Positions 1-9,900 of a stretch of DNA of 64,000 nt are shown one piece after another (position 1 is the stretch's first letter; the number at the start of each line of letters is the position of its first letter). The notes below the pieces were generated by a model. The model made no database searches. It was not told the DNA's origin and saw nothing but the letters and a program-made list of their open reading frames with translations. Position numbers and translations under genes: made by a program. This DNA is from a virus (taxonomy: Duplodnaviria > Heunggongvirae > Uroviricota > Caudoviricetes), in IMG/VR virus record IMGVR_UViG_3300024348_000013, positions 46,677 to 110,676 of that record; one strand, written 5' to 3'.

Positions 1-1023
1 CCATTCACGTTTAGCTTCTTCAATTGGTAAATCATTGATAGTTTTATTTTCTTCAATTGATTGAGAAACTTCTGCTATTAAATTAACATATTCTTCTATT
101 TTAACTCCTTTTAGTTTCTTTTCTGAAAGGATATGTAAAATATCTCTACCTAATTCACCTTCTTGCTTTGTTAATAATTGCAAATTTAAATTACCATCAA
201 TAGGAGTCAGTTCTCTACTTAATCCAACAATCCTATCAGCCAAGTCGGTTGAATCAGTATTTAATCTACCTAATTCTTTTTCTAAATTCTTTAATTCAAC
301 TTTTTTATCTTTTAAATCATTTGCTTTATCAGCTAATTCAGTTGTAAAATCAGTTTTCTTAAAGTTCTTAATTAAGACAGATACTTCTTTGATATCTTCC
401 GTTGCTGTTTCATATAATTTATCGAATATATTCAATCCCATAAATTGTGCTAATAAATCCTTTCTTTCTGATTGGGATTTATCAATGAATAGGGCGTTGT
501 TACCTTGTAAAGATAATGCAGTTAATACAAAATCTTCGTATGTACCAACGTATTGTTCAATGATAGTATTGGTATCTCTCCTCTCTGTTCCGTTTAAAGA
601 AGTCCTATCATCACCATCTTGTCTCCAAAATTGAACATCTACTTTAACATTCTTTCCTTTGTTAATTGTCTTTGCGGTTCTTTCAATATGGTAATCTAAT
701 CCATCTATTTGGAAATGAAGATGACAAGCAAATTCCGATTTACGATTATTCATAATATTTTGAGCTTTGTAAGCTCTACTACTCTTATCGTATAAACAAA
801 ATGATATCGCATCAAATAGAGAAGATTTACCCGTTGCGTTTGGTGCAAATAATCCCATCAATCCACCTAATTTGGTAAAATCAATTTTATTCTTTTCACC
901 ATAACTAAACATGTTATCAAATTCAAAACGAATTGGTTTCCATTGAATATTTCGTTGAACATCTTCGTTTACAATTCTACTATTAATATCTCTATTAATA
1001 TTTTCTAATCTATCTAAATCTTC
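1..1023 (-). CDS. Rad50/SbcC-like ATPase (T4 gp46-like), N-terminal part; continues beyond window start
   Basis: Minus-frame translation gives ...WKPIRFEFDNMFSYGEKNKIDFTKLGGLMGLFAPNATGKSSLFDAISFCLYDKS, which contains a Walker A P-loop (NATGKSS) and aligns with the N-terminal strand region of gp46/SbcC. It is open to position 1 in the same frame (checked 601-960). The start codon is uncertain: the first ATG is at 912, inside the conserved first beta-strand, and no ATG/GTG/TTG lies between it and the stop at 1024-1026. Confidence 0.75.
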
Positions 1024-1056
1024 TTTATCTACAAACGGCATCATTCTCTCAACATA

Positions 1057-2052
1057 CTCATTTATAAGTGAGTTCTGATAATTGATATCGGAAATATCTT
1101 CAAAATCTAATTTATTTAATCTATTACCTGTTTTTGATTTAGCAAGGGAATCGGTTCTGATAATTGTGAAATCTTCAACACCATATTTCATTTTAATCTC
1201 AGCCATTACTCTTTTAGTATCGGCAGAATCAGTATTAGATAAACGAACTCTTAAACGAGGTTTTTTTGGCATATCCGTTACGATAGGAACTTTACCATTA
1301 TCAACATCCATAGTATAATATCCATAATCATTTTGAATATCAACTTCTTCGTACTTCATACTATCTAAATCCCAAACTAAGAATCCGTGCTTATCCAATG
1401 TTTCACCAAAGTTTTGTTGAATCAATGAACCGGCATAAACTACTTTACATCCTGCTGGTGAAATCATAGTTTGTCGTTTATGAATATCACCCAATAAGGC
1501 TAAATCATATCCATCAAACATATCAGGTGTAAAATGACGAGAAGATACTACATATCCAATATCCGTTTGAGAATTATCAACAGGTCCGTGAAACAATGCA
1601 ATCTTCTTATTACCAAATAGAGTTTCAGCTTTAGGCCAATTTGCTTTATCATCAAAAATACTAAATACACCAAAATCTACGCCACCGATGGAATAAACTT
1701 GTGTATCTCTCAAATATATAAAGTTTGGTAGATTTAGGGCTTCAACAATTGGAGTTAATACATCCAATCTATCGGAGTTGTTCATATTACAATCGTGATT
1801 ACCTGTAATAAGGATTGTTTCACACAATTTAGAACATTCCGTAAATAACCAACTAATCTCTCTAACTAATTCAGGAGATAGTTCTAATTTAGCATGGGCA
1901 ATATCACCTGCTAAATATATGATTGAATTATCCGTACCTCTTTTACGAATCTCATCAAACATTTTTTCAAAAACCTGTCTGTACTCATTATGTCTTTTTA
2001 CATTACGAATGTGTACGTCTGCGATGTGGTAAATCTTTTTTAATTTACTCAT
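1057..2052 (-). CDS. Mre11/SbcD-like metallophosphoesterase nuclease (T4 gp47-like), 331 aa
   Basis: This ORF is absent from the supplied track. It is open on the minus strand from the ATG at 2052 to the TGA at 1057-1059, verified codon by codon. The translation MSKLKKIYHIADVHIRNVKRHNEY...IYLAGDIAHAKL...ILITGNHDCN... carries the calcineurin-like phosphoesterase motifs D-x-H, GD and GNHD. Its ATG overlaps the primase stop (ATGA), as in the T4 gene 47/46 arrangement with the SbcC-like gene just downstream. Confidence 0.85.
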
Positions 2053-2990
2053 AAACTATTTATTTTATTTAATAACAATTCTTCCGATGAAAACTCTTTA
2101 GTTTTCTTTAGTTGTTCGTAGAATTTCTTGTATCCTATTTCCGATGCATCTTTATCTTCCATATACATCATTTTAACATTTATCCCTTGCTTCCTAAAAT
2201 ATTCTGCTGCTTTAAGGGCTTCATTAATTGCATCACTATCTAATGAAATTATAATATCACTAACTCCACTCATAAAGATTTTCTCAACCAAATTACGAGA
2301 TGGAAATTTACCTAATAATGGAATTGCATTTCTTTTAATTGTGATTGCATCAAATACACCCTCACATAATATAATTGGTTCGTTCCAATTAACTTGTGAT
2401 TCAAAACATATTATATTTTTACTGATTGGAGGATTTTTATATTTCATTTTATTCTCTGGGTAATACGAACGAGAAACAAAGTAATTTAATGAACCATCAG
2501 AATTGTATGATGGTATAATTATCCTTTGTCCGTACAATCCTTCTTTACAATATCCAATATTATATTTTATTATATCTTTTATACCTATTCCTCTTTGAGT
2601 AAGGTAATGTATTGCGTGTTTATATTCGGGATTAAACCCTTTAGGAGACTCACCAAGCGATATAAATTCTTTTGGTAACTGAATGTATACTTTTGTATCT
2701 GCATCCTCTAATTTAGGGTTATAATTGGAATCTCCGTATATCTCTCTAATAATAGAAATAGTCTTTCTATCGACATCTAATTTCTTTAATAAAGATGTTA
2801 ATTTCTTACCACCACTATTACAAGTCCAGCAATGCCATTTTTGAGTTTCGGTATTAACTTGGAGTTTTTGCTTAGAGTGATTACAAAATGGACAATAAAA
2901 GGCTAATTCATTACCCTTTAATATGGAGTAATTACCCAACGCATTAGATAGCGTTGTTATGACCGTATTTTTATCATTAACTTTCAACAC
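2049..2990 (-). CDS. DNA primase (zinc-finger plus TOPRIM, DnaG/gp61-like)
   Basis: N-terminal CPFCNHSK...CWTCNSGG zinc ribbon and TOPRIM-type acidic motifs (LCEGVFDAITI, ISLDSDAINEA). Confidence 0.8.
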   Translation of the reverse strand: MLKVNDKNTVITTLSNALGNYSILKGNELAFYCPFCNHSKQKLQVNTETQKWHCWTCNSGGKKLTSLLKKLDVDRKTISIIREIYGDSNYNPKLEDADTKVYIQLPKEFISLGESPKGFNPEYKHAIHYLTQRGIGIKDIIKYNIGYCKEGLYGQRIIIPSYNSDGSLNYFVSRSYYPENKMKYKNPPISKNIICFESQVNWNEPIILCEGVFDAITIKRNAIPLLGKFPSRNLVEKIFMSGVSDIIISLDSDAINEALKAAEYFRKQGINVKMMYMEDKDASEIGYKKFYEQLKKTKEFSSEELLLNKINSL

Positions 2991-3029
2991 ATATCAAATA
3001 TACAACAAATATTTGATATTACCAAATTT

Positions 3030-3446
3030 TTATGGTTCTAAAAACCAAGAATCCGGTATTTCCTTATCTGCGTACTTATAACCATTCTTATCACACCAAT
3101 CTGCGTATGTGGTTTTAGAGTTTTTTGTGATTTTGTTCTTAGAATTGGAGAAAACGAACCTAATATCAATTGTGGGGTTTTGAGCCTTAACTAACAAGTG
3201 TTTTTTTCTATCAGCCGCTACAAATCTACCCTTTGTCTCTACTCTAATACCATTTGGTAGTTTAAAGTCAGGACTATATGTATGATTTGATGCAGGAATT
3301 ATGTATGGAACTTTTTCAGTTTCATACTCTACTTTAATTCCTTTGGATTCTATTTGTTGGGAAATGGTTTGTTCTAAACCTGATTTAAATCCGTATTTCT
3401 TTGCAACCCAAGTTGGATTGTTCTTTTTTGTAACTTTTTTAGCCAT
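3030..3446 (-). CDS. T7 endonuclease I-like Holliday junction resolvase
   Basis: Near-colinear similarity to phage T7 gene 3 endonuclease I, including SGLEQTISQQIESKGIKVEYE...VPYIIPASNHTYSPDFKLPNGIRVETKG...DRKKHLLV (PD-(D/E)xK core) and a similar length of 138 aa. Confidence 0.85.
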   Translation of the reverse strand: MAKKVTKKNNPTWVAKKYGFKSGLEQTISQQIESKGIKVEYETEKVPYIIPASNHTYSPDFKLPNGIRVETKGRFVAADRKKHLLVKAQNPTIDIRFVFSNSKNKITKNSKTTYADWCDKNGYKYADKEIPDSWFLEP

Positions 3447-3455
3447 TAAGTTGGT

Positions 3456-3665
3456 TTATTTTTTAAATGTGTCTGAGTATTTTTTCTCATTCACTGCACC
3501 ACCTCTACCAGTTTTGAATTTTTCAGCAGTTAAAACTTGCTCATCTGCTTTTTTCAAATCATTTGTAGTATATGGAGTTTTTGCATTTACACCAGCATCA
3601 AAATTAATCTTATCAACACCTAATGCTGATTGTTGTGCTTTGTATAATTCTTCGATTGTTGCCAT
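3456..3665 (-). CDS. small hypothetical protein (69 aa)
   Basis: Compact ORF in the minus-strand gene series, beginning right after the intergenic space; no recognisable domain. Confidence 0.45.
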   Translation of the reverse strand: MATIEELYKAQQSALGVDKINFDAGVNAKTPYTTNDLKKADEQVLTAEKFKTGRGGAVNEKKYSDTFKK

Positions 3666-3699
3666 AATAATTGTTTTTTGTATTTAGTATAAATATAAG

Positions 3700-4926
3700 T
3701 TAAGTATCAAAACGTACAATAAAGTTTACAGTTAAATCTGGCATTGACTTTATTGGTTGTGGAAGTTTAGCAATTGCAACTAAATCACAATTATCATCGT
3801 ATAATCCGATTGTTGTAATCATAGGTGCTAAGAATGAACCAGTAGAATCTACTGAGCCACTTATATCATAGTGTTCAAATCCAGCTTTTTTATTACCAAT
3901 TGAACCACTAAATCTATAATCTAATATATCGCCTGTTTCTAATGTTGTTAATTTTTTAATATATTTAACACCTGGAGTTGTAGTTGTTTTATAAATTTTA
4001 CCATCTGAGCCTGATACAAATCCATTTTCTCTTCCAATCTCTACTACTGCCGTTGGATTTTGGGATACATTGAATTCATCATCATTTGCAATTAAAAGAT
4101 ACTCATGCTCATAAATTGTTTTTGTAGATTTAAATGATAATTCCCAATTTGTATTTAATTTTGCGGCTGCATCTCTAGTTAATACAATCAATCCTTGTGT
4201 GTAAAATATGTTACCAATTTTATCACTACCAGCTGCTCCTTCTAAAAATGGTATATTTTCTACAACCATAACACCCGTATTTATATTAAAACTCACTACG
4301 TTTAAGTTATAATTAGTTCCATTGTAAATTATATCAAATGTACCATCTGATAAATCGAATCCAACATATGGTATAGTATGAAATGTTCCAGAATATGCAT
4401 TTGAAGCTATATCTAAAAAATTTAAACTATGTTCTTGTAAATCAATTTTACCAAAAGTAATACTATCTCCACCTGCTCCAATTATATTTCCAAACTTATC
4501 ATCTATAAATGATGTAGTTACTCCATTTTTATCAATTAATAAAACAGACCCCTTTTTGATTCCTTCGCCTACATATATTTGTGGAATAGAAATTACTTTA
4601 GCCGAACCGCTTAGATATCTATCACGAGTAGATTCTTGTATATTATAATCAGATGATTTATCACCATATCTTACAAATGGATTATCTTCATGTCCATTAT
4701 AAAATTGAGCTCTTAGTTGTCCATATAATGAGTTTTTATTAATCGATAATCCACCATCAGTTGTTACACTATTTGATGTATAATTTCCATCTTCAGCTTC
4801 CAATAAAGCAATTTCAGATGAAGCCTGATTAAAATCCCATTGTTTATAGGCTTTAAATGGACGTATACTAATATCTGATTTTGGTATTCTTTTTAACATA
4901 TCACTAATAAATATCTTATTAAACAA
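3700..4926 (-). CDS. tail-fibre-like structural protein, paralog A
   Basis: Gly/Ser/Thr/Asn-rich 400-residue protein. Its C-terminal roughly 80 aa (..EFNVSQNP....IGLYDDNCDLVAIAKLPQPIKSM..) is paralogous to the C-terminus of the next gene. The track start at 4926 is TTG; the probable ATG start is 4899 (MLKRIPKSD). Confidence 0.6.
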   Translation of the reverse strand: MFNKIFISDMLKRIPKSDISIRPFKAYKQWDFNQASSEIALLEAEDGNYTSNSVTTDGGLSINKNSLYGQLRAQFYNGHEDNPFVRYGDKSSDYNIQESTRDRYLSGSAKVISIPQIYVGEGIKKGSVLLIDKNGVTTSFIDDKFGNIIGAGGDSITFGKIDLQEHSLNFLDIASNAYSGTFHTIPYVGFDLSDGTFDIIYNGTNYNLNVVSFNINTGVMVVENIPFLEGAAGSDKIGNIFYTQGLIVLTRDAAAKLNTNWELSFKSTKTIYEHEYLLIANDDEFNVSQNPTAVVEIGRENGFVSGSDGKIYKTTTTPGVKYIKKLTTLETGDILDYRFSGSIGNKKAGFEHYDISGSVDSTGSFLAPMITTIGLYDDNCDLVAIAKLPQPIKSMPDLTVNFIVRFDT

Positions 4927-4951
4927 AAACCCAACTTTTTAGGGTTGGGTT
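4921..4951 (-). terminator. rho-independent terminator between the two tail-fibre paralogs
   Basis: The minus strand shows AACCCAAC-loop-GTTGGGTT (8 bp perfect) followed by TTTTTGTTT. Confidence 0.55.
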
Positions 4952-4995
4952 CAATCTATGGTTTTAATCATAGATAGTTATTTGGCTATTCTCCT

Positions 4996-6255
4996 CTAAA
5001 AATCTAATTTAACCTTAATTGCCACTTCTTTATCAAATGATTTCTCAATTGGTTTAGAAGTTTTTGCTACTGCTAATAATTCATTAGAATCATCATATAA
5101 TCCTACACTTGTAATATACACATGCGGGTCTCTTTCAAATAATGATTGAACAAACTGACCAGTAGAACCGGTTACGAATGTTGGGTTGTTTGAGAAGTTA
5201 AATTCTCTATTGTTTGCTCTTACAAAATAATGAGATGTTGAAACGTTTTCAGTTCTTCTTACTTGGAAGTCAGCGCCACCTTGTAAAGAACGTAATAACA
5301 TTACTGAGCCAGAGTTTGCACTATATGTAGAACCACTTAAAGAAAGGTTATGATAAACACTTTTTTGTGAATCATATGCTGGTGCTAATTTGGTATCAAC
5401 CGAAGAAGATAATGCTGCTGGGTTTAATAAAATGATTCCCATATCTGGATAGAATAAACCCCATCCTTGTCCATTAGATGCCGTTGCACTATTTACTGAA
5501 GAAGTAGCTGCAGTTCCAATGTTTAATGAACCACTAACTAAATTATAAACTCTTCCTGCGGTTGTAACGTTTTCATCAGTTCCACCACTATCATCGATTA
5601 ACGTAATACTTCTTAATGAACCAGATAAATCAATTGATATATTACCTGGGTCTAATCTTTCTTTGTATCTAGCTCTATTGATATTGATTGCGTAGAATGA
5701 TGTCATATCAGCACCACCTGCCGTTGTACCACTATATATGCTAAAATACGGGTCAGCTGAATCTAATAATACGTTTTTATACTGATTATAAGTTGCTTTT
5801 GTTGGAGAAGTTGAATCATCATTTTGAGCCAATGTTGGTGAACCATATCCGAATGCATCGCCATAAGCAACTGAGAATTGAACCTGAGATGCATCAGATG
5901 ATGTTAATCCATTATAAACATCGATATAGTATTTACCACTTACAGATGTTACTTGTGCAGAAGATGTATATGTTGCGTTTACATCCAATGAACCTGTATC
6001 ACCACTCCATATTCCAGAAGTTACAATTTCAGTTCTATTAGTTACTTTATCAATAGCTCCGAACTTTTTATAAATACCATTTGTGATGGTAGTTATATCC
6101 GAGCTGATTTGTTCACCTTGACCTAAAAATTGGTTTACGATTCTAACTAATTCGTTAGTATCAACGGGAGTTCCTGCGGTGTTCGCTGCACCGGCTAAGT
6201 ATTGTGATAAATTACTTGCTAATAGGCTTCCTCTATTGTCTCTTATTAATGCCAT
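4996..6255 (-). CDS. tail-fibre-like structural protein, paralog B
   Basis: Ser/Thr/Gly-rich. The C-terminus REFNFSNNP...VGLYDDSNELLAVAKTSKPIEKS matches paralog A. Confidence 0.6.
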   Translation of the reverse strand: MALIRDNRGSLLASNLSQYLAGAANTAGTPVDTNELVRIVNQFLGQGEQISSDITTITNGIYKKFGAIDKVTNRTEIVTSGIWSGDTGSLDVNATYTSSAQVTSVSGKYYIDVYNGLTSSDASQVQFSVAYGDAFGYGSPTLAQNDDSTSPTKATYNQYKNVLLDSADPYFSIYSGTTAGGADMTSFYAININRARYKERLDPGNISIDLSGSLRSITLIDDSGGTDENVTTAGRVYNLVSGSLNIGTAATSSVNSATASNGQGWGLFYPDMGIILLNPAALSSSVDTKLAPAYDSQKSVYHNLSLSGSTYSANSGSVMLLRSLQGGADFQVRRTENVSTSHYFVRANNREFNFSNNPTFVTGSTGQFVQSLFERDPHVYITSVGLYDDSNELLAVAKTSKPIEKSFDKEVAIKVKLDF

Positions 6256-6263
6256 AGTTTAAA

Positions 6264-6887
6264 TTATTGAACGTATGTTACGGTTACTGGAATTGTTTGT
6301 GAACCACCTGTTTCGTTACCATAAACAGTTATAGTTGTTCTGATAGTTGAAGTTAAGGATGGGTTTGGAATAAATTTAAATGATAATCCTTTTGCAATTG
6401 CTGCAGTTGCAGATACATCATCTCCGATAAATACAGGCACTGTTCCTACATCAGATGTTACACCTTCTCCCACAATATCACCTGCTGTTTTATTAGAAAG
6501 GATAATTGTATATCCTAAGCTTCTATTTCCGGCTGGAGATGTTGTTGGTGATAATGAAACTTCACCACTTTTTTGATTTACTGCAATATTAGGAACACCA
6601 AATTCTACAACCGGAATACGAGTTGTGTTTTTTGGTAAAGTTACTAATTTGTATTTCATTACTTGTGTTTCATCAGGATTAGCTTCTAAAACTGGCATAT
6701 TTTTAATTGCCGCATCGTAGTAAGATGACCCTAATGGATGTGCCGGTTCGTATAAAGAGTAATCAATCTCATCATCTGCTAAAGCAAATTGAGTTATGTT
6801 TAAACCCTGTCCAGCTGCCAGTTTTTCTCTACCCTTTTTTGTAAGGATTGCATCGACTGTTAATTCTGTATTACTTAAATATCCCAT
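6264..6887 (-). CDS. structural protein (207 aa)
   Basis: Thr/Gly/Val-rich beta-type composition; lies inside the structural gene block. Confidence 0.5.
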   Translation of the reverse strand: MGYLSNTELTVDAILTKKGREKLAAGQGLNITQFALADDEIDYSLYEPAHPLGSSYYDAAIKNMPVLEANPDETQVMKYKLVTLPKNTTRIPVVEFGVPNIAVNQKSGEVSLSPTTSPAGNRSLGYTIILSNKTAGDIVGEGVTSDVGTVPVFIGDDVSATAAIAKGLSFKFIPNPSLTSTIRTTITVYGNETGGSQTIPVTVTYVQ

Positions 6888-6936
6888 AGTGTTGTATTAT
6901 ATCGTTTGTTAATAAATATAGTTTTTATAAAAATTA

Positions 6937-9900
6937 TTACTCAACTTCTAAAATTGGTTCAGAACTATCTCTACCAGTCTTATTAACTCTTAGAGTATTT
7001 GGATTAGATACAAATGTTTCAATAGGAGAACTACCATCTAAAGTAGTAGCTGCAGTGTTTTTTGAACCTCTAAAGAAACTATTTTCTAATCCTCTTGTTA
7101 AATCCGAAGTATTTCTATAATGTGTTGGTAAATATCCGTTTACTTTTGTTACTTCAACTATACTACCCGTTCCAGCGTTTATTACTTTGGAACCGGAATA
7201 TGGTTGTATATTTAATTTCGTTTCATAATAAATAGAAGATGTTATGTGGTATCCACCACGTGGGTCACCTTTTCCATTTATTACTATATTATACGCAACT
7301 ACATCTCTTTGTTTTTGTTCTTTAATTAAATCTACTTTAATTCTTTCCTTAACACGTCTACCATTTGTATCAAAGTATGTTCTAATAGCATGTCCATTTT
7401 CTGCATATACACCAAATCCTACATTTTCATAATCACTTTGTCCAACAAATGTGTTCGTATCATAAATATCAATCTCCGATAAAATAGTAGCTTCACCCAA
7501 CCCAGCATCTATTGTAACTTCATTTTGAAAAGATTCTGCTATTTGATTTAAATTATCATTTGGATTGATTAAACTATATAATTGATATGATTCTGCAAAT
7601 GTTTTATCTATTGAAGCAGTATATATTATACCATCATATTGATTATTTTCTCCAAATAAATTTTCAGATAAATTACCATCAATAATAGTTTCATATTGTT
7701 GATTTTCTGCTAAAAATATAGTTGTATCAGCAAAATGAATCGATGTTTCTTGTTGATATTCTTCTCCTGATGGTTTTTTATGAGGAACTTTACTTCTTTC
7801 CAAAAAGTGTGGTTCAATTAATAAACCCGTAGTAGCCTTAACTCTCGCTGGTAGCATTTTTTTAATATCATCAAACATTGATTTTTCATATAGTTTGATT
7901 AAATTAATATATGCGTAAATATCTCTACCATCAAATCTTTGGAAATAATAATTTCTTAAAGAATCTAATTTTGAATAGTTTGGTTTATAATCATCCGATG
8001 GGTCTCCAATGTAATCATCTATATTTAATCCACCAAATGATTTTGCAATATCCAAATTCAATTCCTTAGTAGGCGAGAAAAATAATCCCACTCTATTAGA
8101 ATCAGTTGGCGATTGGTCGAATGCTTTTTTAGTTGCTCTTTGTTTTACTGATAAATCAACGCCAACACTTCCACTTATTTTTGTTCCATCAAATGTATAT
8201 TGGTCTTCAAATCTAATTTTATTAGTTGAATATCTACTTGCACCGCCATCCGGTACTTCCATTACAATTGTTCTATCAATTGCTTCGAACTGATAAGGAT
8301 ATGATGTTATTGGTGTAAATCCACTAGCGCTTACATATAATAGTGGAGAACTATTTAATGAATATAATGGGATTAATGAACCACTTTCATAATCATTACG
8401 AGTTTTACCTGTTTGGAAATAAACGTTGGTATCAATATTAATCATTGATTGCGTTACTGCCAAATTCTTTGGATATTCAAAATCTAAACGGAAATATAAA
8501 TCCGATGTAGATGCCGAAATACTATTACCATTTACCATTTCAGGAAATGAAACGTGTTGATTGAATACATTAGTATCCAATTGCTCACTCCATAAACGGA
8601 ATTCATCCAATGAACCGGAATATTTTTCTCCAACTTTGATTTTACTTCCGTTATTCCAATTTGTATAATTAGATGAAGATACCGAATTACTGAATAAGGT
8701 TCTTTCTTTATCAGCTTGTCTAATATCTAATTGTAATCCATTAGAGCCACTACTTACAGATATACCAAAGAACTTATCATTGAATATTGGTAATAATGAT
8801 GATGAAATCGTATTTATTAAAGTGTTTGAACCTGAATATGTAAATTTAACCTGTCCGTATGTAGAATCGGTTGAGCCACTAAGATATACTCCCCAACTAC
8901 TTCCTGAAACTAATTGGTATTCTCTTGCATATGCTGGCTTTACAAACATTTCAATTGTGTTTGGAACTCTACTTTTATCGGTAATTTTCCAATCCATCTC
9001 TAAATAAGAACCACTATTCATTTTAAGAGCAGTTGTAACGTTATCCATTACTAATTTACTCTTAGTTTCATTGTTATTTATTTCCGGTCCACCAAATTCT
9101 AAAATTGAAAGATTTGATGCAGGGATACCATAACAACTTAATAAAGCGTATACACCTCTTCTAGTTCCTTTATGTTTTAATAAGTAAGGTAAATTATTTA
9201 CAATTCTTCTCCAAACTTCGTATGTTCTTTGTTTAGCTGGATTAGTTTCTTTGGTATTACCATTTGAGTCTAATCCAAATGTATATTCCCATAATTGTTC
9301 ATCAGCTGCAAGGTTCTTTGCATCCCAATTAAATGATTTTAATACATCAAATAATAATTTATCAGAAATACCATCTTTTGCTTTATATCCCAATCCTCTA
9401 CTTTTTTCAATAGATTTAGTATGATAATATATGTTATCAAAATGCTGCCCAACCATTGTAAAGAATAATAAATAACTTGCATTATTTTCATCGTTTACAA
9501 TATATTGTGGAATATTATTTTTAATAAAATTTGGATTGTTATTATCCCAAACTTCTGCTAATTCTATAATATTATTATACCAAGGAACTACACTGCCCGT
9601 ATCGGTAGATAATAATCTAACACTACCACTATATGGCCAAGTTATAGATGTACTATTATTTGTTGTATATAATGAAGATGATGTGTATAAGAATTTTTCA
9701 AATCCATCAAATGCATTTACTAATTGATTTTTTTTCAACTCTTGTCTTACTGCTTCTTGTGTAGATGCAATAGAACCACTATGTGCTTGTGATGCATTTG
9801 AAGCAGATATAGCCGTTTCGTAGGTTTCTATCAATTGTACTTTATATGCAAAATTATCTACTCTTTCTTTTGCTGAACTAAAGTGTACAAAATTATTCCA

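Noticed and set aside
389-1318. Plus-strand ORFs 389..634 and 1082..1318
   Set aside because: They lie antisense to the clearly conserved SbcC- and SbcD-like minus-strand frames, have low-complexity composition and are preceded by no promoter box.
3700-6255. Diversity-generating retroelement (template/variable repeat) between the two fibre paralogs
   Set aside because: Similarity between the two C-termini is diverged at the protein level rather than near-identical DNA with adenine-specific differences, and no reverse transcriptase is present in the window.
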